A stretch of 64,000 nucleotides of DNA from Gammaproteobacteria bacterium. Its GTDB lineage: Bacteria; Pseudomonadota; Gammaproteobacteria; Eutrophobiales; Eutrophobiaceae. The number at the start of each line of letters is the position of its first letter. The stretch's first letter is position 1. Below are positions 1-7,541 of this stretch, piece by piece. The stretch lies in NCBI GenBank assembly GCA_963422205.2, contig CAXMWX010000011.1, positions 1 through 64,000 on the forward strand, in the 5' to 3' direction. The notes below the pieces were generated by a model. That model was not told the DNA's origin, made no database searches, and saw only the letters and a list, made by a program, of their open reading frames with translations. Both the position numbers and the translations under genes were made by a program.

Positions 1-13
1 CATTTATTCGTTA

Positions 14-81
14 TTAGTTTCTAAATATTTTTTTATAAGAGTAAATCTTAGTTACTAAAAAACGAAATATCAAGTAACTGA
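14..81. promoter_or_regulatory. Putative operator repeats of unit 1 (TTAGTTTCTAA 14-24, TTAGTTACTAA 48-58, CAAGTAACTGA 71-81)
   Basis: Three similar quasi-palindromic 11-mers in AT-rich DNA upstream of the 128-298 regulator. Confidence 0.4.
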
Positions 82-127
82 TGAAAAAACTGTAATATGC
101 AAATTAACTGAACAGTCGGTGACTGAT

Positions 128-298
128 ATGCCTACTAAACACATACCCGACACAACATGGCGAAAAGTCGAAAAAGAAGTAGTAAATGCGGTTATAGAAA
201 CAAAAGAAGCATTAAAACCTACAGAAGTACTTAACTACCTGATCTTAAAAGGAATTGAGAAAAGCAAAGAGGAGGGATACTCAGAAATGAAAAAATGA
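128..298 (+). CDS. Small ribbon-helix-helix-like regulator of filamentous-phage type (56 aa, MPTKHIPDTTWRKVEKEVVNAVIETK...), not in the ORF track
   Basis: Manual translation ATG128-TGA298. Stop overlaps the next start (ATGA). The MPTKHI-x-x-x-TWRKVE start resembles small inovirus repressors (recall, not searched). Confidence 0.65.
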   Translation: MPTKHIPDTTWRKVEKEVVNAVIETKEALKPTEVLNYLILKGIEKSKEEGYSEMKK

Positions 299-549
299 GC
301 GGCACCGCCCTGTACCGCGCCCTGGTTCATGCGGGTGCACCTGAGAATGAGGCGAAAGAAGCCAGTGACAGTATCGATCACACATTCACCGGCAAATTCA
401 ACACCATTGATGAACGCCTGAATAGATTGGAGATCACGGTCACTGAGTTGAAGGTCACAGTCGCTGAGTTAAGGGTGACCAACCGGCTAAATCTGGGCGT
501 CAGCCTGGTCATCCTGCTGTTCATTCTCAAATTGTCGTTCGCGCCCTGA
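295..549 (+). CDS. DUF1640/CCDC90-like membrane-anchored coiled-coil protein, paralog 1 (84 aa)
   Basis: Head LYRALVHAGAPENEAKEA, heptad stalk and C-terminal hydrophobic helix. Paralogs at 1727 and 3319. Confidence 0.75.
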   Translation: MSGTALYRALVHAGAPENEAKEASDSIDHTFTGKFNTIDERLNRLEITVTELKVTVAELRVTNRLNLGVSLVILLFILKLSFAP

Positions 550-589
550 CAGACAAAAAAACAGACAAAAAATAACCGGATCCGGTTAC

Positions 590-618
590 AAAGTGCGGGT
601 GTCATAGGGACCCGCACT
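590..618. other. Putative rolling-circle origin hairpin, copy 1 (AAAGTGCGGGT-GTCATAGGG-ACCCGCACT)
   Basis: 9-bp perfect stem, identical at 2209-2237 and degenerate at 3524-3552. Resembles inovirus plus-strand origin hairpins. Confidence 0.55.
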
Positions 619-748
619 GATTCTGCCCCCCATCCCCCCGTTCATTGAACGAGCGTTCAACAAAAAAACAGGCTGGCCAGGTCAGTTTTGCGGGGTAGTC
701 GGCATCCTGCCCCAGGTCACTCAAGCCCCTGTGACAGGCAAGCTGTCA

Positions 749-951
749 AGGACGCATAATGTGGCACTATGTTCAACAGGCGGTATGGGCTGCACGCTGT
801 CCCCCGTGGCGGCAGGATGATCAGCATAAGGATAGCCACGGGGGACAGCGTACAGGGATGGCCACCCCCGCCTGTCGGGCGGCTCGGCCTTCGGGCTTAT
901 CCATTATCCTGACGGCCTCGCCGTGAACATAATGCCCACATTATGCGTAAT
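749..951. mobile_element. CTX-type ssDNA attP: inverted pair of XerC/D dif-like sites
   Basis: Site A (+, 749-777) AGGACGCATAA-TGTGGCA-CTATGTTCAAC. Site B (-, 951-922) ATTACGCATAA-TGTGGGCA-TTATGTTCACG. Compare E. coli dif GGTGCGCATAA-TGTATA-TTATGTTAAAT. A perfect 17-bp inner stem lies at 794-810/835-851. Confidence 0.75.
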
Positions 952-1130
952 GACCAGCGGCAGGATGCCGGCCTTGCTAACAGACAAATCGACTTTTTTG
1001 GACAGCTGTCCAAATCGATTGGGGGGGGTAGTTAGCTGACGATCGGTGAATGGCCGGTGCTCAACATGCCTTGTCCGTGCGGGCTTTCAGCGATGAGCCA
1101 GCGATACCCATAATAGCCAAAACCCCCTGT

Positions 1131-1397
1131 TCAGCCGTCAATTAGCCACATCCGACCGCCGTATTTTCGATTCTGGGCGTTTTCCGATAGTTCCTCAAGT
1201 GGTTGCTCGGTGATGATGGCCAGGTGAGAGGCGACTATGAGATTGGGTAACAGACGGGCATCTATAGCGAAATGGCTGAAGATATCGCCATCGGCGTTCA
1301 TGATGCGAATATCTACGAAATCGGCCTCATGCTCGCTTTCCTGGACGATATAGCGGTTACCCTCAGTATCCCGGTAGCATGGCGTTTTCCACCCCAT
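1131..1397 (-). CDS. Hypothetical protein (88 aa), sole leftward gene of unit 2
   Basis: ATG with AGGGGG RBS. Divergent from the unit-2 regulator. Confidence 0.55.
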   Translation of the reverse strand: MGWKTPCYRDTEGNRYIVQESEHEADFVDIRIMNADGDIFSHFAIDARLLPNLIVASHLAIITEQPLEELSENAQNRKYGGRMWLIDG

Positions 1398-1437
1398 CGT
1401 GACCCCCTGTGGCCAGTGTTTGGGTGGTTTTGATAGA

Positions 1438-1500
1438 TATGTAACAAGTTACATAAATCAGAATAATCAACACATAACAAGTAACATTGCAACAGGTTAT
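1438..1500. promoter_or_regulatory. Putative operator repeats of unit 2 (TATGTAAC-AA-GTTACATA 1438-1455, ATAACAAGTAAC, GCAACAGGTTAT)
   Basis: Inverted repeat plus two related direct copies in a divergent intergenic region. Confidence 0.45.
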
Positions 1501-1534
1501 TTACAAGTCGGCAAACATAAACTAGAATGCAGGC

Positions 1535-1730
1535 CTGAAACTCAGGCAAAAACTCACAGAAACAGTCCGAATAAGGCATGACAGAGCAACAAAACTAAAA
1601 AAACAAATGCCTGGAAATAACAATAAAATCAGGGGTACAAATCCAAGAAAGTGACTTGGTCAACTTCCTGATTGACGAAGGACTAGAAAAAATAGCTATA
1701 AAAGACAACAATTTAGAGCTGAGACAATGA
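1535..1730 (+). pseudogene. Frameshifted RHH-like regulator of unit 2 (TVRIRHDRATKL / NKCLEITIKSGVQIQESDLVNFLIDEGLEKI)
   Basis: Removing one A from the A7 run at 1597-1603 joins the two frames. Stop overlaps the ATG at 1727, the same arrangement as in unit 1. Start uncertain. Confidence 0.5.
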
Positions 1731-1927
1731 GCGGCACCGCCCTGTACCGCGCCCTGGTTCATGCGGGTGCGCCTGAGAATGAAGCGAAAGAAGCCAGTGA
1801 TATTGTCGATGGAAAGTTCAATGACATTGACAGGCGTCTGACCCGACTGGAAGTCACCAGCCGGCTAAATCTGGGCGTCAGCCTGGTCATCCTGCTGTTT
1901 ATCCTCAAATTGTCATTTGCGCCCTAA
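1727..1927 (+). CDS. DUF1640/CCDC90-like membrane coiled-coil protein, paralog 2 (66 aa)
   Basis: Head and TM anchor identical to 295-549, with a shorter stalk. Confidence 0.75.
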   Translation: MSGTALYRALVHAGAPENEAKEASDIVDGKFNDIDRRLTRLEVTSRLNLGVSLVILLFILKLSFAP

Positions 1928-1956
1928 CAGACAAAAAATAACCCGATCCGGTTACA

Positions 1957-2184
1957 ATGACCATTGCCACCTTTGACACCCTGAAATTCGCCCAGCGCCT
2001 GGAACAGGCCGGACTGGAGCCAAAACAGGCCGCCGCCTTCGCCGAGGCGCAGAAAGAGGCATTGAGTGAGACCCTGGATGACCGAGTCGCAACCAAGGCC
2101 GATATCCAGCTATTACGATGGATGTCAGGCTTCAATCTGGCATTAAGCCTGGGAATATTATTCATTCTCTTGCAGGAAAAATGA
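1957..2184 (+). CDS. DUF1640 (CCDC90/MCUR1-like) protein (75 aa)
   Basis: Canonical FDTLKFAQRLEQAG head, ATKADI neck and C-terminal TM helix. Confidence 0.85.
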   Translation: MTIATFDTLKFAQRLEQAGLEPKQAAAFAEAQKEALSETLDDRVATKADIQLLRWMSGFNLALSLGILFILLQEK

Positions 2185-2208
2185 CAAAATACCGAACGAT
2201 CAAGCGGC

Positions 2209-2657
2209 AAAGTGCGGGTGTCATAGGGACCCGCACTAATTCTGCCCCCCATCCCCCCGTTCATTGAACGAGCGTTCAACAAAAAAACAGACCAGCCAAG
2301 TCAGTTCTGCGGGGTAGTCGGCATCCTGCCTTAGGTCACTAAGCCCCTGTGACAGGCAAGCTGTCAAGGGCACATAATGTGGCACTATGTTCAACGTGCG
2401 TAATGACCAGCGGCAGGATGCCGGCCTTGCTAACAGACAAATCGACTTTTTTGGACAGCTGTCCAAATCGATTGGGAGGGGTTAGCTGACGATCGGTGAA
2501 TGGCCGGTGCCGGTATCCCGCCGCAGCTGCCTGGTGCATTGCTCAAAATGCCTTGTCCGTGTGGGCTTTCAGCGATACCCATAATAGCCAAAACCCCCTA
2601 TTTCGCTGTCAAACCGCCGAAACCGACCGCCGCATTTTCGATTCTGGGCGTTTTCCG
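2209..2657. repeat. Non-coding block, copy 2: origin hairpin 2209-2237, single dif-like site 2367-2395, inner attP hairpin deleted
   Basis: Aligns to 590-1186 but lacks the equivalent of 778-942. Confidence 0.9.
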
Positions 2658-2716
2658 GGGGTGGGCAAGGGTCAGGGTATGGGGTAAATCCCGTAATTAT
2701 CAGCTAAGATGGCCGG

Positions 2717-3185
2717 ATGCGCCTCGCCATCCGCCCCCTGTCAGTCGTCTATCTGCCCGCCATCGCCGGCGCTCTGCAACCTACCCCCCTGCCAGCGAGC
2801 AGCCAGGTGCTGGTGTTTCAGTGTCAGCAGGCAAATGGGCACTGGCGGTTCTCTGATGCGCCGTGTGGGCGAGATGAGGTGGGCGGGCAGCATCTCATTG
2901 AGATGAACGATCCTCTGCCTTCTGCCCCGATGATGCACCAGTACCATGAGTTATTGGCCAGGGAGCAGGCACAGCGAAGCCGGGCCAGGCAACGGCAACA
3001 ACAACGTGAGCAGCGCCGATGGCAGGCGGGCCTGGCGGGCGCAGCATTGCCAGCGCACCAGAGACAGCTTGCAGCGCCACCGCAGTCTCATGGGCTTAGG
3101 TTACCGAGCGGCACAAAGTCAATCCCTGCACGATAGAGAGCGTGCCCTGGTCGAGCGGCGCAATGCGGCCTGCAACGCACGCTAA
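2717..3185 (+). pseudogene. DUF4124-like secreted protein, frameshifted near 3015
   Basis: N-terminal VFQCQQANGHWRFSDAPC motif in frame 2717. The expected C-terminus (C...GY...C) is in frame 2946-3185. Confidence 0.6.
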
Positions 3186-3318
3186 GGTGGCCACCAGATA
3201 AAAACGCAAGGCGAATAAAAGTAACCAACTCATAGCAAAAAGAGCAAATATTTAGAGAAAAACCGATAAAAACGAAGTAGCATAAACCCATGGTCATTGC
3301 CACAAGGAGTAAATATCC

Positions 3319-3492
3319 ATGAGCGGAACTGCTCTATACCGCGCCCTGGTACATGCGGGTGCGCCCGAGGATGAGGCTAAAGAGGCAGCGAGTGAAATCG
3401 ATGATATGAAAACTATTCTGGTTGAATTGCGTGTCACCAACCGAATATTGATTGTTCTGGTACTCACTTCGCTGATTAAGTCTTTCTTCTAA
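3319..3492 (+). CDS. DUF1640/CCDC90-like paralog 3 (57 aa, MSGTALYRALVHAGAPEDEAKEAASEIDDMKTILVELRVTNRILIVLVLTSLIKSFF), not in the ORF track
   Basis: AAGGAG RBS at 3304-3309. Same head as 295 and 1727. Confidence 0.75.
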   Translation: MSGTALYRALVHAGAPEDEAKEAASEIDDMKTILVELRVTNRILIVLVLTSLIKSFF

Positions 3493-3523
3493 TTCAGTAC
3501 AAAACGATGCTGGATCCTGCTGT

Positions 3524-3552
3524 AAAATACGGGCGTCACAAGCACCCGCACT
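3524..3552. repeat. Degenerate third copy of the origin-like hairpin (AAAATACGGGCGTCACAAGCACCCGCACT)
   Basis: 23/29 identical to 590-618 and in the same position just after a DUF1640-like gene. Confidence 0.65.
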
Positions 3553-3734
3553 GCTTCGGGCTACCAAGAACCATAACATCAATCATCGATAAAACACGAT
3601 GCTAAAAGAAGGCGATAGAAAAAAGCAACCTGCATGGCTGTCTAACCCACACTTGAATTTTGCTCAAAATGCGATGATAGTAGAGTCATGCGTAAACCGC
3701 CCTGCACTGCAACCAACCATGAGGTACGACTGCC

Positions 3735-4028
3735 ATGCTGAGAAACATACCTTTGAGTGTCATCTTATCTATGCTGCTATTGCCAGGTGCTGTATCGGCG
3801 GCGGAGAATTACCTCCCCAGCCTGATCACAGCAACGCCTTATGAGGGACGGCAACTGGCGATCAAGCTGGCGAGAAAATCCATCGGCGAAATGCAATCTG
3901 ATGCTGAGATCAAGAAAAAAGTACGGGCTGCCTATGCAGAGGATGGGGCTGTCCTGATCGAAGCGGCCGAGGTGATCGCTATCGAATTCAGCACGATTGC
4001 TGCGGCAAATAATTACTGGCGCAAATAA
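3735..4028 (+). CDS. Hexameric tyrosine-coordinated heme protein (HTHP) with N-terminal signal peptide
   Basis: LPSLITATPYEG...KLARK...VRAAYAED...FSTIAAANNYW matches the HTHP pattern. Confidence 0.85.
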   Translation: MLRNIPLSVILSMLLLPGAVSAAENYLPSLITATPYEGRQLAIKLARKSIGEMQSDAEIKKKVRAAYAEDGAVLIEAAEVIAIEFSTIAAANNYWRK

Positions 4029-4395
4029 ACCCGCACCTGCCCCTGTGCGGTGTGGCTCGTATCAGCGGCGGGTGAAAATCCTGATGGTCTGCTGGCACCA
4101 TGCCGACGCCCCGGCGGCACGTCCTAAGACACCCCCGCTTACAGCAGTGATGGTTGCTCGGCGCCCTGCTCGCTTGGCAGCGGTTGCAGCTTCAATACAC
4201 CGACACCCGGCAGGCGGACCGCCCTTTGTCCTGGCGAGCCACCCGGGCAATACCGGACTTGTCTATACGAAGCTGAGTAAGTGCCGTCCGCCCTGCTCCG
4301 CATCACCTGCTGAAAATCCACCTGTTTGACCCTGGAGTAATTATTCATTACAAGACTGGCCAGGAAGAAAGCACAAAGTCGGCAACAAAAAACCC

Positions 4396-4968
4396 ATGAC
4401 AGAAACCATCATCTATATGCTATTGGCATTGATCGCAGTGGTCATATCCAATCTAATATCAGCAAATTTAAGAAAAACACCGGGGGGAGAACAGCAAAAC
4501 TGGCTAAAGAAAAAACTGCTTACCGGCAACGAACTCAAATGTTTTCACGCAGTGAACCACTGTATAGATGCAGACCAAAACATCTCCTGCAAAGTCAGGC
4601 TGACTGATCTGATTGAGCCAGAGAAAAGACTGAAAAAATCGGAATGGCATAAGCAATTCAACAGAATAAAAAGCAAACATATCGACTTTGTCATCACCGA
4701 CAAAAACACAATGAACACGATCATCGCCATAGAACTGGACGATTCATCACACAGGAGAAATGGCAGAAGAGATAGAGACGATTTCATTAATGCCTGTCTT
4801 AAATCAGCCAACATCAGATTGCTGAGGCTGAACAGCTACAAAACATACATGCCTGAGCGGATAAAGCCCAAAATACTGGAAATAATTCAATATATACTGT
4901 CAGCCAAGGTCTGGAGTTTCATATCGCCAGATTACAAGCTTATGGATTTAATATTCTGTACATACTGA
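4396..4968 (+). CDS. DUF2726 domain protein with N-terminal TM helix
   Basis: LLTGNE, KVRLTDLI, KHIDFVI, IELDDSSH and RDDF motifs. Confidence 0.85.
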   Translation: MTETIIYMLLALIAVVISNLISANLRKTPGGEQQNWLKKKLLTGNELKCFHAVNHCIDADQNISCKVRLTDLIEPEKRLKKSEWHKQFNRIKSKHIDFVITDKNTMNTIIAIELDDSSHRRNGRRDRDDFINACLKSANIRLLRLNSYKTYMPERIKPKILEIIQYILSAKVWSFISPDYKLMDLIFCTY

Positions 4969-5739
4969 GTGGCGAAAGACCGAGTGAATATGGAAGTGCT
5001 CTGACAAAAGAACATTTGGCACAAGCCTTCCGTCTAACAGAGAAGCTTGGAAAAGATAAAAATAACAAACTAAGGAATTTAAAAGAACGGAAGCAATTTT
5101 TCCAAAATATTTATCATGAGTTATGGTTGAATGAAGGAGTATTAAACGAACAAATACTTCCCAGGCGGCGAAACCCACCCCGTTGTTATACAACGCTTCT
5201 TTCTTACCGTTAGCTCCGATCTAGAATCTGAATTACTATCTAAAACCCTATCACCCAGAGACTGGTTGTTAACTGGGCATTCACTAACCCCAGTGATAAT
5301 ATTAGCTCGTGAGATTTGATCCTAGCTATACTCAACTGTGATATTATCAATGTACTGCCTTACCTTTTCTTAAATAACCGATTCGCCAATGTGTAATCGT
5401 ACTATTTATCTAACCTATCTTCATAGGTATTAGAATATGGGCAATTATGATGGAATTGACAAACGCGACGGATTCAAAAACCAGTTTCTTCGGAAGTGGG
5501 GTTTTTAGTCAATACAAGGATATTGTGGTAGCTTTGCTAAAAGATTATATTCCTTTTTGACCAACCTCCACATTTAACTAGGCTAAGGTTTTGAGTCCAA
5601 TTAAATTTCAATAAAACCACCTTGGTACCGGGCTGTGTGATCTGTTTATGCTACCAAATTTGGCCCCTTATTCGAAATCCGACTCTGGCAACAGAGTAAA
5701 CGATTGAGTAAAAACTGACTAATGACGTAAAGAATAAAA

Positions 5740-7017
5740 TCATGGTTCAACTAAAATTAATGACAATGCCGGTACAAAGGTAATCACGAGCAAGGCCAAC
5801 AGCATAACCCCGATCCAGCTAATAACGGCGCGACTCAACTGCTCCAGGCTGACACCTCCCACTTGCGAAGCCATGAACAAATTAGCCCCTAATGGGGGTG
5901 TAATGAAACCTATCGCAAGATTCACCACAAGCATGATCCCAAAATGTATAGGACTCATCCCTAAGGCCGTCACTATCGGCAACAATATTGGCGTTAATAT
6001 GACAATGGCTGCTAAAGTTTCCATAAATGTCCCGACAAGCAACAGTAACAAGTTAATAGACAAAAATATCAACACAGCACTATTCGTTAATGACAGAATA
6101 TAGTCAGCGATCTCCATTGGGATCCGCTCCAACGTGAGTATACGACCAAATGCCACCGACGTACCGATAATCACCAACACTGCCCCAACTAATAAAGATG
6201 ATTCCAGTACGATCTCATACAGTTGTCGAAACGTGATTTCTTTGTAGATAAATAAACTAAAAATCAAACCATAAACCACCGCAACGGCTGCCGACTCTGT
6301 CGGAGTAAAAATACCGGTATAGATTCCACCTAATATAATAATCGGAATCAGCAAGGCCCAACTGGCTTGCTTAATTGCCTGCCATCGCTCACCCCAACTA
6401 TAATGCTTTTCAATACCACTAAACCCATTGCGATAACATTGAAAGATACAATAGATGATTAGCACTAAACCAATGAACACTCCCGGGAATATCCCGGCAA
6501 TGAACATATCCGTCACGGAAACCTCGGCTGTGACGGCATATACAATCATCACCACACTAGGTGGTATGATCACGCCGATTCCACCAGAGGTTGCTACCGT
6601 TGCTGCGGCAAAACTACGGTCATAACCCCGCTTGACCATGCTGGGAATCATGATTAAACCGATTGCAGCTACAGTTGCCGAGCCAGTGCCGGATATAGAG
6701 GCAAAGAAGATGCAGGAAACGATAGTCACCACACCCAAACCACCTGTTACACGTCCCAGAAAAACCTCAGTCAGGTGTAACAATCTTAGCGAGATCCCGC
6801 CCCGACTCATGAGATTTCCTGCCAGAGTGAACAGAACTACGGCCAGTAAGGGAAAGGAGTCTAAACCAGAGACCAAACCTTGAATAAAAAACTCCATGTT
6901 AATAAAAGGCAAGGCCACTATCGTCAGCATGCTGGCAACACCCAATGAGATCCCCACCGGTACACCCAATAAAAGTAAGATAATGAAACTTGAAAAGAGT
7001 ATGGTGGTTGCCATCAC
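5740..7017 (-). CDS. dctM: TRAP transporter large permease (DctM)
   Basis: Hydrophobic 425 aa with SGTGSATVAAIG, IIPPS, FTPTESAA and ITPPLG motifs. Confidence 0.95.
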   Translation of the reverse strand: MMATTILFSSFIILLLLGVPVGISLGVASMLTIVALPFINMEFFIQGLVSGLDSFPLLAVVLFTLAGNLMSRGGISLRLLHLTEVFLGRVTGGLGVVTIVSCIFFASISGTGSATVAAIGLIMIPSMVKRGYDRSFAAATVATSGGIGVIIPPSVVMIVYAVTAEVSVTDMFIAGIFPGVFIGLVLIIYCIFQCYRNGFSGIEKHYSWGERWQAIKQASWALLIPIIILGGIYTGIFTPTESAAVAVVYGLIFSLFIYKEITFRQLYEIVLESSLLVGAVLVIIGTSVAFGRILTLERIPMEIADYILSLTNSAVLIFLSINLLLLLVGTFMETLAAIVILTPILLPIVTALGMSPIHFGIMLVVNLAIGFITPPLGANLFMASQVGGVSLEQLSRAVISWIGVMLLALLVITFVPALSLILVEP

Positions 7018-7541
7018 CTTACTTCCATAAATATACTGTCAACCTCTATACCAATGGCCCTTTGATGCAGGCGCATTAGCAAATGAAGTACGTTGAATAA
7101 AGCACCTATGACTACTGAGCCATAGATAAAGGCAATAGGTACTTCAGTGGCTGGTGCTATCTGACCTAGCTCAAGACTACGTCTAATCACATCCCAACCA
7201 AATAACACCACGACCACAGAGTAAATGAGAAAGATCAAATCGCTAACGTTATATGCCAGCAATCTGAGATCGGATTGCAAATTGTCAATCACTACTCTAA
7301 TACGAATATGCCGATTCTCACGGATACCATAACTTATACTTAAATACATCGCCCAGACAAAAAGAAAACGGGCGATTTCTTCTGCCTCTGATAGGGACGC
7401 ATCAAATAGCCTCAATATAATTTGTATACATATAATGGACGTCATCAACAATATCAAAGTGACAATGCAAACCGGCTCAAAATAGCGGGCAAAAAGAAAA
7501 AATATTTTTTTCATTGGTGTTGTGACATTAATTGGTATCAA
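7014..7541 (-). CDS. dctQ: TRAP transporter small permease (DctQ)
   Basis: EEIARFLFVW and HIRI motifs, 4 TM helices. True start may be MKKIFF. Confidence 0.9.
   Translation of the reverse strand: MIPINVTTPMKKIFFLFARYFEPVCIVTLILLMTSIICIQIILRLFDASLSEAEEIARFLFVWAMYLSISYGIRENRHIRIRVVIDNLQSDLRLLAYNVSDLIFLIYSVVVVLFGWDVIRRSLELGQIAPATEVPIAFIYGSVVIGALFNVLHLLMRLHQRAIGIEVDSIFMEVR

Larger units (their letters stand above)
590..1186. repeat. Non-coding, hairpin-rich block, copy 1 (direct repeat of 2209-2657)
   Basis: Near-identical sequence from AAAGTGCGGGTGTCATAGGG to CTGGGCGTTTTCCG, with indels. Confidence 0.9.

Noticed and set aside
1-3. CAT at 1-3 as the start of a leftward rep gene
   Set aside because: No RBS and no coding sequence visible, so it cannot be supported.
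590-2657. Hairpin-rich repeats as a CRISPR array, integron attC sites or retron msr-msd
   Set aside because: No regular repeat-spacer period, and no cas, intI or reverse transcriptase in the window. Dif-like arms explain the structure better.
5016-5213. 65-aa ORF and AT-rich DNA up to 5740
   Set aside because: No recognisable motif or RBS. Probably decayed sequence.
2660-5740. Search for the canonical chromosomal dif ending the array
   Set aside because: No CGCATAA-N6-TTATGTTAAAT match found by eye. It may lie left of the window.
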